NCBI GenBank assembly: GCA_036834365.1
Contig: DAITOA010000001.1
Coordinates: 88,926 to 152,925, forward strand
Length of the DNA stretch: 64,000 bases
From: Thermodesulfobacteriota bacterium
GTDB lineage: Bacteria; Desulfobacterota; Desulfomonilia; UBA1062
Reading direction: 5' to 3'
Below the pieces are notes generated by a model. The model was not told the origin of the DNA, ran no database searches, and saw only the letters and a program-made list of their open reading frames with translations. The position numbers and the translations under genes are program-made. Below, one piece after another: positions 39,713 through 49,693 of this stretch (positions are counted from its first letter, which is position 1; the number at the start of each line of letters is the position of its first letter).

Positions 39713-41974
39713 TTGATCATGGCTGACATGCGGTACAGGCAGATTCTTGAGGACATGGAGGAGGGCTATTACGAGATAGACCTGACCGGCACCTTCACCT
39801 TCGTTAATAAAATCGTCTGCAAGATCGCAGATTTGCCCGGAAAAGACCTGGTGGGGATGAATTATGCGGACTATACCACCAAGGCCACTGCAAAACGGGT
39901 GTTCAAGGTCTTCAACAAGGTATTTCAGACCGGCTTTCCCCAGAGGATCGAATACGAGATCATCCTGAAGGACAATACCCGCAAGACCATCGAGAACTCC
40001 ATCAGCCTTCTCAGAGACGGCGCAAACAACATCATCGGTTTCTGCGGTCTTGTCAACGACATCACCAAGCGCAAACGGCTGGAGGAGCAGCTCCGGGAGA
40101 ATCAGGAGCGGTTCGAATCCCTCTTCGAGAATGCCAACGAGCTCATCATTACCACCGATGCCTACGGCTACATCAGGCGCCTGAACAAGAAGATCGAGGA
40201 GATATCGGGCTATACAAGGGCCGAGCTCATCGGCAAGAGCATCCTGGTCATTGCGCATCCGGATGACCGGCATATCTATATCGACTTCTGGAAGCAGCTC
40301 CTGGAGGGCAAGACACCGAGGCTCGAACTCAGGGCGGTGGGAAAGGACGGCAGGATCGCCTCGCTCCTTGCCAGTGGCAGTGCCATCCTCAAGGGCGGCA
40401 GGATCCTTGAGGTGCAGTATAATGCCCAGGAGATCTCGTCCCTGAAGATTGCACAGCAGACCATCGAAGACCTTAAGAACCACCTGAGCAGTATATTCGA
40501 GTCGAGTCCCAACATGATCATCTGCCTGGACAGTACGGGTAAGGTCATCATGGCCAATCCGGTCACGGAGAGAATCTTCCGCAAGCCCTTGAGCGCAATC
40601 GTAGGCAAGGGCGTATCGTCCTTGAGCCAGCAGATGGAATCGTATCAGAAGGTCATTCAGGAAGTCCAGAAGGAGAGCGTCCCCCAGTTTCTCCACGAGC
40701 AGATCCTCTCCTCCGACAGCGACGATGTGTTCGACGTGAGCATCTACCCCCTCATGAACGCCAGTGTCGGCGGGATCGTCTTTACGGCCGTTGACATCAC
40801 CGAGAAGAAACACATGGAGCTCCAACTCATCCATGCCCAGAAGATGGAAACCATTGGAGAACTGGCAGGGGGGGTGGCCCACGACTTCAACAACATCCTC
40901 ACCGGGATCACGGGAAACCTCTCCATGCTCAGGTATACCACGGACAGGGACAAGATGGAGCATTATATCGGCACGCTCGAAAACATCACCGAGCGTGCGC
41001 GGGATCTCACCCGCCAGATGCTCGCCTTCACCAAGAGGAACGAGGGCAAGCCCGAACCGATCAGCATAGGTCATGCAGTCGGTGAGGTCATGGACATGTC
41101 CGTCAAATCGATCCCGAAGAACATCAGGATCGAATATAACGGATCCGGGAAGGATTACCGGGTGTTCATCGATCACACCCACCTCATCCAGGTGCTCCTG
41201 AACCTCGTCGTCAATGCCAAGGATGCCATCGGGGACAACCAGGACGGATGCATAACCGTCTCCGTGAACCCCCTGGTCGTGGACAAGGACTCCCGGAGAC
41301 AATACATTCTCGGTTCCGTGGGGAAGTATGTGAGGATCGATGTCTCCGACAACGGATGCGGCATGAGCCTGGATATCCTGCCCAAGATCTTTGATCCCTT
41401 TTACAGCACCAAGCAGAAGGGACCGGAAAAGGGAACCGGCCTCGGCCTTTCCATCGCGTACAACATCATCAAGAATGCAGGGGGGAGCATACAGGTCAGC
41501 TCCATGGAGGGCAGAGGGTCCACCTTCAGCATCCTGCTTCCCCTGTGCAGATCCAAGGAGAAGGTCAGGATCGTCGAGGATAGGATCAGCCAGGGTGCGT
41601 CGAAGAACCGGGCGCGTATCCTCATCGTGGATGATGAGGACATGCTGCGCGATATCGGCAGGGAGATGATCGGTCTGCTGGGACACATGGTGGAAACGGC
41701 GGCCGACGGAAACGAATGCATGGAGATCCTCAAGAGGGATCGGGGCGGCTTTGACCTGGTCATCCTCGATATGATCATGCCGGGCCTCGATGGTTACCAT
41801 ACCCTCCTGGAGATGCAGAAGCTCGGTATCGATACCCGGGTGGTCATCTCCTCGGGATTTTCCTTTGAGCACGAGAAGGATGACCTCCTCACAAACCCGC
41901 TCATTGTTGCCCGCCTGAACAAGCCCTTCAATCTCAACGAGCTGTCCCATGTCCTGGAAGAGGCGCTGGCATAG
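39713..41974 (+). CDS. Hybrid sensor histidine kinase (multiple PAS, HisKA, HATPase_c, REC)
   Basis: H-box 'GGVAHDFNNILTGITGNLSML'; HATPase 'DNGCGMSLDILPKIFDPFYSTK..GTGLGLSIAYNI'; C-terminal receiver 'RILIVDDEDMLRD..DLVILDMIMPGLDG'. Confidence 0.9.
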   Translation: MIMADMRYRQILEDMEEGYYEIDLTGTFTFVNKIVCKIADLPGKDLVGMNYADYTTKATAKRVFKVFNKVFQTGFPQRIEYEIILKDNTRKTIENSISLLRDGANNIIGFCGLVNDITKRKRLEEQLRENQERFESLFENANELIITTDAYGYIRRLNKKIEEISGYTRAELIGKSILVIAHPDDRHIYIDFWKQLLEGKTPRLELRAVGKDGRIASLLASGSAILKGGRILEVQYNAQEISSLKIAQQTIEDLKNHLSSIFESSPNMIICLDSTGKVIMANPVTERIFRKPLSAIVGKGVSSLSQQMESYQKVIQEVQKESVPQFLHEQILSSDSDDVFDVSIYPLMNASVGGIVFTAVDITEKKHMELQLIHAQKMETIGELAGGVAHDFNNILTGITGNLSMLRYTTDRDKMEHYIGTLENITERARDLTRQMLAFTKRNEGKPEPISIGHAVGEVMDMSVKSIPKNIRIEYNGSGKDYRVFIDHTHLIQVLLNLVVNAKDAIGDNQDGCITVSVNPLVVDKDSRRQYILGSVGKYVRIDVSDNGCGMSLDILPKIFDPFYSTKQKGPEKGTGLGLSIAYNIIKNAGGSIQVSSMEGRGSTFSILLPLCRSKEKVRIVEDRISQGASKNRARILIVDDEDMLRDIGREMIGLLGHMVETAADGNECMEILKRDRGGFDLVILDMIMPGLDGYHTLLEMQKLGIDTRVVISSGFSFEHEKDDLLTNPLIVARLNKPFNLNELSHVLEEALA

Positions 41975-42135
41975 CCCCTGGAACACATGCCCCCCCCTTC
42001 TTTCATCGGAACCCGGTCTTGAGAAATTGTGTGAACATGCCGGCTCATCTTCCTTTTCCACCCTGCCGATAGTATTGTTAGTTCAGAAAGAGAAAACCTG
42101 TCCATGATGGCGGGGTACCTTCGGGGGCGCAAGCA

Positions 42136-43662
42136 ATGTCAGTTCTGAGGGAATTCGATGATTCTTTCTTTGAAGACCTGTTCGTGAATTCTACTGCCAT
42201 CTCCGCCGTCACGGATGAGAACGGGATACTCCAAAAGGTGAACACGAGAGCCATGGAGATGTTTTTCGGCACAGAAAACGATACCGGATCGGTCCTCGGC
42301 AGGAACATCCTCGAGTTCATCCATGTCGAAGACAGGCCCAAGGTCATAGAGAGATGGAAGGAAAGCCTTGAGGGGAAAAAAGAGGTGAAGTACGACCTCC
42401 GCATGACCGGCGCGGACGGGCATGTCATGTATTTTCTCATCAGCGGCAGGCCGATCCTCCGGGACGACAGGGTCGTCCTGTTTCATTACCAGGCCCTGGA
42501 CATCATCGATCAGAAGGTGCAGGAGCAGAACCTCATGGCGTCAGCCGGCGCCGAGATCCTTGCGCAGATAGCCGGCGGGTTCGCCCATGACTTCAACAAC
42601 CTGCTCACCGTCATCAACGGCTATTCCGAGATTCTCAAGATGTCCATGGACAAGAGCGATGCCCTGTACCACAAGGTGAGCCAGATCTGCGAAGCCGGCC
42701 GTCAGGCATCCGTTCTTACCCGGCGGATGCTCGAGTTCAGTAGGAAGACGAAGACCGAGGCCAGGCTGGTGGATCTGAACGCAGAGATCTTCAATCAGGA
42801 AGGCATCATCAAACACGTTATCGGCGAGAACATCTCGGTGGGCTTCTCCAAATCACCGGGGATCGGGAAGGTGCTCATAGAACCGGCACACCTGGCGACC
42901 CTCCTCGTCAACCTCACGATCAATGCCAAGGATGCCATGTCCAAAGGCGGCGAGATAACCATCAGCACGGAGCCTCTCGATGTCAATGGGGCCAATGAAC
43001 ATCTTTACGCTCAGGTGCCCCACGGGAGCTATATCCTCCTCACCTTCAAGGACACGGGCGAGGGCATGACCGAGGAGGTGCGTCGGCAGATATTCGATCC
43101 CTTCTTTTCCACCCGGGACGGCGGCAAGGGGATCGGATTGTGGACCGTACAGAATATCGTTCACACGGCCAACGGGCATATATTCGTTGAATCCGATCAG
43201 GAATTCGGCACGACGTTCTCCATTCTCTTCCCCTCGTCCACCGCAGAGATCAAGGGTTTGCCCCACGGTGACAAGGATGTTGAGCCGGTTCATGAACCGG
43301 CAGGAAAGAAGACTATCCTGGTGGTCGAGGATGACGATACGGTCCGCGATCTGGTGAATGAAGTGCTCAAGCAGCAGGGGCACGTGACGCTGACCGCACG
43401 CAACGGGGGAGACGCCCTCCAGATTGCCAGGCAGTTCGAAGGCCATATCGACCTGCTCATAACCGATATGGTCATGCGAAGGATCGACGGCAGGATGCTC
43501 GCCCGGAAGATGAAGTCCATCTGGCCCCACGTCAAGGTCATGTTCATGTCGGGATACGGCGGGGAGATACTGGATGAGGACGAGCTCAAAGGGAGTGTTT
43601 TTCTCCAGAAGCCGTTCCTCCCGAAGGACCTCATCGACAAGGTCATGGCCGTATTCCGGTGA
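42136..43662 (+). CDS. Hybrid sensor histidine kinase (PAS, HisKA, HATPase_c, REC)
   Basis: H-box 'GGFAHDFNNLLTVINGYSEIL'; HATPase 'DTGEGMTEEVRRQIFDPFFSTR..GIGLWTVQNI'; receiver 'ILVVEDDDTVRD..DLLITDMVMRRIDG'. Confidence 0.9.
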   Translation: MSVLREFDDSFFEDLFVNSTAISAVTDENGILQKVNTRAMEMFFGTENDTGSVLGRNILEFIHVEDRPKVIERWKESLEGKKEVKYDLRMTGADGHVMYFLISGRPILRDDRVVLFHYQALDIIDQKVQEQNLMASAGAEILAQIAGGFAHDFNNLLTVINGYSEILKMSMDKSDALYHKVSQICEAGRQASVLTRRMLEFSRKTKTEARLVDLNAEIFNQEGIIKHVIGENISVGFSKSPGIGKVLIEPAHLATLLVNLTINAKDAMSKGGEITISTEPLDVNGANEHLYAQVPHGSYILLTFKDTGEGMTEEVRRQIFDPFFSTRDGGKGIGLWTVQNIVHTANGHIFVESDQEFGTTFSILFPSSTAEIKGLPHGDKDVEPVHEPAGKKTILVVEDDDTVRDLVNEVLKQQGHVTLTARNGGDALQIARQFEGHIDLLITDMVMRRIDGRMLARKMKSIWPHVKVMFMSGYGGEILDEDELKGSVFLQKPFLPKDLIDKVMAVFR

Positions 43663-43675
43663 GAAGGACGAGACC

Positions 43676-44374
43676 CTACCGGACCATGCACCTGCCCACC
43701 AGGGATTGAAGCTCTGTCACGAGCGGTTCAAGATCCTCGTCAGGCATGGATGCCTGCCCCTCGTAAGCCTTCTCCACGTGTTTCGACGGTATGAATTTCT
43801 GGAGTATATACAGGGAGGCACCCTCGATCATCCTGCCGATAGCCCTTACGTCATCCGGCTTCAGGAGGGTTTCCGGAAGGGTCGTCCGGAACTCGTGGGG
43901 GATGGAGGAGGCCCTGATGAGGTTGATACTGTCCCGTATATCGGTGATGTTCACGAGGGAACCTGTAACGAGAGCGTATTTCTCCCAGGGTGCCTTGATG
44001 TCCATGGCGAGGTAATCGGGAATGCCTTTGCCGATGGCTTCCCGCAGTATCTGCGGCCTTGAACCGTTGGTGTCGAGCTTCACGAGAAATCCCATGGACT
44101 TGATGCGCTCCATGAAGGGTATGAGATCGGCCTGCAGCGTTGGTTCACCTCCCGTGACAACCACGGCGTCGAGTTTGCCTTTCCTCCTGTCGAGATAGGA
44201 GAACAGATCATCCTGGCGGATGGTGCCACAGTATCGCTCAGGGACCACGAGTTCCGGGTTGTGGCAGTAGGGACACCGGAAATTGCATCCGCGGGTGAAT
44301 ACCACGGCGCTGATCCTGCCGGGATAGTCGATGAAGGATGTCTTCTGCACATAGGCCACGTTCATACCCTGCAT
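43676..44374 (-). CDS. nrdG: Anaerobic ribonucleoside-triphosphate reductase activating protein (radical SAM)
   Basis: 'ISAVVFTRGCNFRCPYCHNPEL' is the NrdG CxxxCxxC radical SAM motif. Start chosen at the ATG at 44374 (MQGMNV..), with AGGAG 5 nt upstream. Confidence 0.85.
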   Translation of the reverse strand: MQGMNVAYVQKTSFIDYPGRISAVVFTRGCNFRCPYCHNPELVVPERYCGTIRQDDLFSYLDRRKGKLDAVVVTGGEPTLQADLIPFMERIKSMGFLVKLDTNGSRPQILREAIGKGIPDYLAMDIKAPWEKYALVTGSLVNITDIRDSINLIRASSIPHEFRTTLPETLLKPDDVRAIGRMIEGASLYILQKFIPSKHVEKAYEGQASMPDEDLEPLVTELQSLVGRCMVR

Positions 44375-44690
44375 AGAATCTCCTGGCAGATCATAAGGCA
44401 TAATGGGAGGAACGTGCCTTATGAATAAGATGTCTGTCAATGCATTCTTCTATCATGAACTCATGAATGGCTTGATTTATCGGGCAATGCCGTCCATAAT
44501 GATAAACTGTGATATGATCGATTTGATGGGCGTCCACCGGTGAATTGCTGTCAAGATTCCTTTTCAAGAAATTTTGCTCTTTGGTCGATTGGGTAACCAT
44601 GGGGACACCCAGCATGTGGTCGGGTGCTGCATGCCTAAGGACATGCGACAGATCCCGGAAGCATCTGTGAAAGGAGCGAGAGGACTCATC

Positions 44691-45074
44691 ATGGCGAAGA
44701 TGCGCATTCTCATTATGGATGATGAGGAACTGATCCTCGATGTCGTGAGCAGCATGCTCGAATATCTGGGCTATGACGTGGAAATTTCCAAGAACGGACA
44801 GGAGGCCCTCGAAAAATACCAGGCATCCCTGCATGCGGGCAATCCCATCAGTGCCGTGATCATGGACCTCACCATCCCCGGGGACCGGGGGGGGAAAGAG
44901 GTCATCCAGGACCTGTTGACCCTTGATCCTCATGTCCGGGCGATCGTTTCCAGCGGATACTCCAATGATCCCATCATGTGCAACTGCGGGGAATACGGAT
45001 TCAAAGGGGTCGTGAAGAAACCGTTCAAGATGGAAGACCTCCGGGACGTTCTGGGCAAGGTGTTAAACTCCTGA
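44691..45074 (+). CDS. Single-domain response regulator (CheY-like receiver only)
   Basis: 'MAKMRILIMDDEELILDVV..AVIMDLTIPGDRGG..VKKPF' receiver domain with no output domain. AAGGAG RBS before the ATG at 44691. Confidence 0.85.
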   Translation: MAKMRILIMDDEELILDVVSSMLEYLGYDVEISKNGQEALEKYQASLHAGNPISAVIMDLTIPGDRGGKEVIQDLLTLDPHVRAIVSSGYSNDPIMCNCGEYGFKGVVKKPFKMEDLRDVLGKVLNS

Positions 45075-45099
45075 ATCGAAGCTCCATGCCGAAAAATGA

Positions 45100-45145
45100 G
45101 GCACCCGGCCGGGACGAGGCTCCATGGCCGGGCGCCTTTCATGTT
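45100..45145. terminator. Bidirectional intrinsic terminator between the response regulator gene and nrdD
   Basis: GGCACCCGGCC-gggacgaggctccat-GGCCGGGCGCC followed by TTTCATGTT on the plus strand. Sits between convergent genes. Confidence 0.6.
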
Positions 45146-45156
45146 CGCATCCTCGT

Positions 45157-47370
45157 TCACACCTGATGTGCCACGCCTTTCTCTGCATCGGGAGACGGTG
45201 ATATGCCTTCCCTGCCGGCCTTTGCCTGGGAAGGCCGCATCTTGTAAACCTGCCCCGCCGTGATCTCCTCGTCAGGCACGGCCTTTTCGACACGGAAGGA
45301 TTTGCGCTGGATGAATTCCTCCTTCTTGCCGTTGTTCCACTGCGCCACCGGCCTCAGGTAGCCGACCACGCGGGAATAGACTTCGGTGATCTCGCCGCAC
45401 TCGGGACAGGTGGGGTGGCTGCCGGTGATGTATCCATGGCCCGGGCAGACGCTGAAGGTGGGACTGAAGGTGAAGTAGGGGATCTTGTACCCGTTGCAGA
45501 TTTTCATGACGAGGCGCTTGATCACCTCGGGGTTGTCCACGCGTTCGCCGGCGAAGATGTGCAGGACCGTTCCGCCGGTGTACTTGGCCTGTATGTCGTC
45601 CTGCAGGTCCAGGGCCTCGAAGATGTCGTCCGTGTAGTTCACGGGCAGTTGGGAGGAGTTCGTGTAGTAGGGCTCGTGGCTCTCGCCGTAGGCCTCCTCG
45701 TTGGCGCAGATGATGTCCGGGTATCGCTTCTTGTCGAGCCGGGCCATGCGGTACGAGGTACCCTCGGCGGGCGTCGCCTCGAAGTTGTAGTTGTTCCCGG
45801 TCTTTTCCTGGAGGAGGACCAGCTTGTCCCTGATGAAATCGGCCACCTTCAGTGCGAAGAGCCTGCCCTGCTCCGTTCCGATGTCGCAGCCGAAGAGGTT
45901 TATGCACGCCTCGTTCATACCCACGATACCGATGGTGGAGAAGTGGTTTTTCCAGTACTCGCCGAAGCGCTGCTTCATGCCGGCCAGGTAGTACTTGGTG
46001 TACGGGTAGAGGTTGTGGTCCGTGAAGCTCTCCAGGACCTTGCGCTTGATCTCGAGGGACGTGCTGGCGATGTCGATGAGGTCCTCGAGGCGCTGCATGA
46101 ATTCGCCTTCCGACGAGCTCAGGTACCCCAGCCTCGGCAGGTTGATGGTCACGACCCCGATGGAGCCGGTGAGGGGGTTCGATCCGAACAGGCCGCCTCC
46201 CCTCTTGACCAGTTCGCGGTTGTCGATCCTGAGCCTGCAGCACATGCTCCTGGCATCGCCCGGGTCCATGTCCGAGTTGATGAAGTTCGAGAAGTAGGGC
46301 ACGCCGTATTTGGCGGTCATCTCCCACAGTCCGGTCAGGTTCGGGTCGTCCCAGTTGAAGTCGGCGGTGATGTTGTAGGTGGGGATGGGGAACGTGAACA
46401 CCCTGCCCTTGGCGTCGCCGTTGGCCATGACCTCCACGAAGGCCCGGTTGAACAGGTCGAGCTCGTGCTGGAATTCGCCGTAGGTCACATCCTGGATCTT
46501 GCCGCCGATGACCACGCCCTGGTCGGCGTAGTGCGCCGGTACGTCCAGGTCGAGGGTCACGTTGGTGAATGGGGTCTGGAAGCCGACCCTGGTGGGCACG
46601 TTGATGTTGAAGATGAACTCCTGCAGGGCCTGCTTCACCTGGAGGTAGTCGAGGTTGTCGTAGCGGATGAAGGGCGCCAGCAGGGTGTCGAAGTTGGAAA
46701 ACGCCTGGGCCCCTGCGGCTTCGCCCTGGAGGGTGTAGAAGAAGTTCACGATCTGGCCTAATGCGGTGCGGAAATGCCTGGCCGGTTTGCTTTCGACCTT
46801 GCCGGGCGCCCCCTTGAACCCCTGGAGCAGGAGGTCGTAGAGGTCCCACCCCACGCAGTAGACGGAGATGATGTTGAGGTCGTGGATGTGGAAGTCGCCG
46901 TCTGAGTGGGCATTGCGCACCTCGGGCGGGTAGATCTTGTTGAGCCAGTAGATCTTGCTGATCTCGGACGACAGGTAGTTGTTCAGGCCCTGGAGCGAGA
47001 ACGCCATGTTGCTGTTCTCGTTCACCTGCCAGTCGAGCTTCTCGAGGTACTGGTCGATGAGGTCCACGCCCATGCCCGCCTTGATGTCGCGTATCTTGGC
47101 ATGCTGGTCCCGGTAGATGATGTACGCCTTGGCCGTCTTCCGGTACATGGACTGGAGCAGGACCTCCTCCACGATATCCTGGATCGCCTCCACCGACGGT
47201 ATGTCCGTCGTGGTCTCCTGGGCGATGGAAAGCACCTTGACCATGAGCCTGTGGGCCATGGTCTCGTCGAATTCTTCCGTGGCCCTGCCCGCCTTGGCTA
47301 TGGCGGCGGTGATCTTGGGGGCATCAAAGGGCACTACACGGCCGTCCCTTTTCCTGATGGTGCTGAACAT
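45157..47370 (-). CDS. nrdD: Anaerobic ribonucleoside-triphosphate reductase (class III RNR)
   Basis: 737 aa with an N-terminal ATP-cone 'MFSTIRKRDGRVVPFDAPKI' and a C-terminal Zn-ribbon 'CPGHGYITGSHPTCPECGE' with glycyl-radical region 'SRVVGYLRPV'. Confidence 0.92.
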   Translation of the reverse strand: MFSTIRKRDGRVVPFDAPKITAAIAKAGRATEEFDETMAHRLMVKVLSIAQETTTDIPSVEAIQDIVEEVLLQSMYRKTAKAYIIYRDQHAKIRDIKAGMGVDLIDQYLEKLDWQVNENSNMAFSLQGLNNYLSSEISKIYWLNKIYPPEVRNAHSDGDFHIHDLNIISVYCVGWDLYDLLLQGFKGAPGKVESKPARHFRTALGQIVNFFYTLQGEAAGAQAFSNFDTLLAPFIRYDNLDYLQVKQALQEFIFNINVPTRVGFQTPFTNVTLDLDVPAHYADQGVVIGGKIQDVTYGEFQHELDLFNRAFVEVMANGDAKGRVFTFPIPTYNITADFNWDDPNLTGLWEMTAKYGVPYFSNFINSDMDPGDARSMCCRLRIDNRELVKRGGGLFGSNPLTGSIGVVTINLPRLGYLSSSEGEFMQRLEDLIDIASTSLEIKRKVLESFTDHNLYPYTKYYLAGMKQRFGEYWKNHFSTIGIVGMNEACINLFGCDIGTEQGRLFALKVADFIRDKLVLLQEKTGNNYNFEATPAEGTSYRMARLDKKRYPDIICANEEAYGESHEPYYTNSSQLPVNYTDDIFEALDLQDDIQAKYTGGTVLHIFAGERVDNPEVIKRLVMKICNGYKIPYFTFSPTFSVCPGHGYITGSHPTCPECGEITEVYSRVVGYLRPVAQWNNGKKEEFIQRKSFRVEKAVPDEEITAGQVYKMRPSQAKAGREGISPSPDAEKGVAHQV

Positions 47371-47512
47371 ACGGTTCCTCCTCTAAGAATCAAACATCAT
47401 TCGGCTGTTTTGTTGACGACACCTACCGACTCAAGCTCCCATAAACCTGACTGACGGTAACTTCTGTACAGTTCTTTTAGGGGTGAGGTATCAGTGATGA
47501 ACTCCTGATGTA

Positions 47513-47559
47513 ATACTATATATAGTGTACCCCACACAACATCATACTATATATAGGAC
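47513..47559. promoter_or_regulatory. Tandem NrdR boxes upstream of nrdD
   Basis: ATACTATATATAGTGT (47513-47528) and ATACTATATATAGGAC (47544-47559), offset 31 bp, against the NrdR consensus acaCwAtATaTwGtgt. About 145-190 bp upstream of the nrdD start. Confidence 0.75.
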
Positions 47560-47629
47560 TTCTTTCATGGAAAGCAAGGGGGAATTTGCGAAAAAATCTT
47601 CGCGGGTTTGTTCCGGAGAGGAGGGGCGG

Positions 47630-47668
47630 ACCGGTCCCCGCCCCTCCGGGGTATTTTTGCTGAACCTG
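47630..47668. terminator. GC-rich hairpin plus T-run (terminator-like) downstream of the acyl-CoA ligase gene
   Basis: GGAGGGGCGG-accggtcc-CCGCCCCTCC, then GGGGTATTTTTG. Confidence 0.5.
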
Positions 47669-47671
47669 TCC

Positions 47672-49480
47672 TTATTCCTTGTCGTCCTGATACATCCGGT
47701 CGATATCTGCAGCGTAGTTCTTGCTGACCACCTTGCGCTTGATCTTCAGCGTCGGCGTCAGCTCTCCGCTTTCGATGCTGAACTCCCGTGACAGGATGAT
47801 GAACCTCCGTATCTGCTCCACCCGGGCGTAATCCTTCATGAGACCCTTGATCTTGGCGTCGTAGAAGGCTATGATATCGGGCTTTTTCACGAGGTCTTCG
47901 TTGGAATTGAAGGAGATGCCCTGTTTCTTGGCATATCCGGCAAGCTCCTTGAAGTTCGGAACGATGAGGGCGCTCAGGAACTTCTTGCCCTCGCCGATGA
48001 CCACGGCCTGCTCGATGAACAGGTCGGCGACGAGGCTGTTCTCGATGTTCTGGGGCGCGACGTTCTTGCCGCCTGCGGTGACGATGATGTCCTTTTTCCG
48101 GTCGGTGATGTACAGGCACCCGCGCTCGTCAATGCGGCCGATGTCGCCGGTCATGAACCATCCGTCCTCGGTGAAGACCGCCTTGGTGTCCTCGGGCTTG
48201 TTGAAGTACCCCTTCATGACCTGGGGACCCTTGATGAGGATTTCGCCGTCCCCGGCTATCTTGACCTGGGTGTCCGGGAAAGCGGGGCCTACGGACCCGA
48301 ATGCGAACACCTCGAAACGGTTGGCATTGGTCACCGGGCTCGTCTCGGTCAGCCCATAGCCGTTGTGGACCGCTACCTTCATACCGTTGAAGAACCGGTC
48401 GATCTCCGTGGCGAGCGGGCCACCGCCGCTGATGAAGATCCTGATGCGGTCGAGGCCGAGGGCGGAGCGCAGCTTGCTGAACACCAGGGCATCGGCGAGG
48501 TCGTACTGGAGCTTGATGGGCCCCGGCATGGGCTTTCTCTGAACCAGGTAATCCACGGCCCTGTCCGCGACGCCCAAGGCCCACTCGAAGAGTTTCTTCT
48601 TCAGAGGGGGTGCATTGTTTGCCTTGGCCATGATGCCGGAATGGAGCTTCTCGAAGAGCCTGGGCACGCTTACCATCAGGGTCGGCCGTATCTCCTGCAT
48701 GTTCTCCAGCACGGTGGAAAAGGACTCGGCAAGGCTTATGGAGGCTCCGACCTGGACCATAAGGTAGAAGGCGACCGTCCTGCCGAGGGAATGGCTCCAG
48801 GGGAGCAGCGCCAGCGATTCGTCCCGGTGGTCGATGATGGGGTGCGAGGCATAGGCCTGCATCACGTTGGCCACGAAGTTGCTGTGGGTGAGCATGACGC
48901 CTTTTGGCTGGCCGGTGGTCCCCGAGGTGTAGATGAGGGTTGCCAGATCATCCGGATTGATGCCGTTCAGACGGACGTCCAGCACTGACTTGTCCTTGAC
49001 CGCATCGCCCCGGAGCATGAGCTCATCGAGGGTCAGCACGTTCTTGTCCGGCACATCGATCTTGTCGAAGGTGATGATGTATTTCAGCGGTTTGAGCTGT
49101 GCCTTGACCGACAGGATCCTGTCCAGGTGGTCCTTGTCGGAGACGAAGAGCACCTTGGTGGCGGAGTCGTTGATGATGTAAGCCGCTTCCGCCGCCGAAT
49201 TGGTGGCATAGATCGGGGCGTCGGGAGATCCGATGGTGAGTGCGGCCAGATCGGCAACCATCCACTGCCAGCAGTTCTCGGAAAAGATGCCCACCATGTC
49301 GCCGGGCTCAATGCCAAGAGAGATGAGACCCAGGCCCGTGCGGCAGACCATGGTCTGCATCTCCTTCCAGCTGATGGGAACGTACCTGCCCTCCTTCTTG
49401 TATCGGACAAAGGTCTCGTACTGATACTTCTCAGCCCTGTTGTGGAAAATACCGGAAATGTGTTTCTCGGAATACGCCAT
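47672..49480 (-). CDS. Long-chain fatty acid--CoA ligase (AMP-dependent synthetase/ligase)
   Basis: AMP-binding motif 'LIYTSGTTGQPKGVMLTH'. 602 aa, ANL superfamily. Confidence 0.85.
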   Translation of the reverse strand: MAYSEKHISGIFHNRAEKYQYETFVRYKKEGRYVPISWKEMQTMVCRTGLGLISLGIEPGDMVGIFSENCWQWMVADLAALTIGSPDAPIYATNSAAEAAYIINDSATKVLFVSDKDHLDRILSVKAQLKPLKYIITFDKIDVPDKNVLTLDELMLRGDAVKDKSVLDVRLNGINPDDLATLIYTSGTTGQPKGVMLTHSNFVANVMQAYASHPIIDHRDESLALLPWSHSLGRTVAFYLMVQVGASISLAESFSTVLENMQEIRPTLMVSVPRLFEKLHSGIMAKANNAPPLKKKLFEWALGVADRAVDYLVQRKPMPGPIKLQYDLADALVFSKLRSALGLDRIRIFISGGGPLATEIDRFFNGMKVAVHNGYGLTETSPVTNANRFEVFAFGSVGPAFPDTQVKIAGDGEILIKGPQVMKGYFNKPEDTKAVFTEDGWFMTGDIGRIDERGCLYITDRKKDIIVTAGGKNVAPQNIENSLVADLFIEQAVVIGEGKKFLSALIVPNFKELAGYAKKQGISFNSNEDLVKKPDIIAFYDAKIKGLMKDYARVEQIRRFIILSREFSIESGELTPTLKIKRKVVSKNYAADIDRMYQDDKE

Positions 49481-49693
49481 AATTCCCCCCTTCTAAAGTT
49501 CTTCAGATGTAGTGAAACATCTCGTGTTGTCCGGGAATATGCCTTGCAGCGGGATCGTGGAAACCATGCCGTCCCCGTTGATCCGTATGTCATGTCTGTA
49601 TACCATTTCCTTGCATTCAACAACTCATTTCTCCTGGAATCCGAGGAAGGTGAATCGTTGCGATGTATCGGGAAATTCACTATAGTGCTCACT

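Noticed and set aside
44440-44690. NrdR box upstream of nrdG
   Set aside because: Searched the divergent nrdG/response regulator intergenic region for ACACTATATATAGTGT-like 16-mers. Only weak AT-rich near-matches were seen (for example aatgataaactgtgatatgatcg), so none is claimed.
44391-44933. 180-aa minus-strand ORF overlapping the response regulator gene
   Set aside because: It is antisense to a well-supported CheY-like receiver gene with a clear RBS and has no motif or family resemblance. Treated as spurious.
45272-46849. 525-aa ORF antisense to nrdD, plus many other long antisense ORFs (e.g. 5849-7054, 10090-11241, 13507-14502, 26691-27449, 29461-30864, 61181-62029)
   Set aside because: Their predicted proteins are low-complexity and rich in Arg, Gly, Pro, Asp or His, with no recognisable motifs. 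They lie opposite strongly supported genes, which is typical of frame artefacts in about 60% GC DNA.
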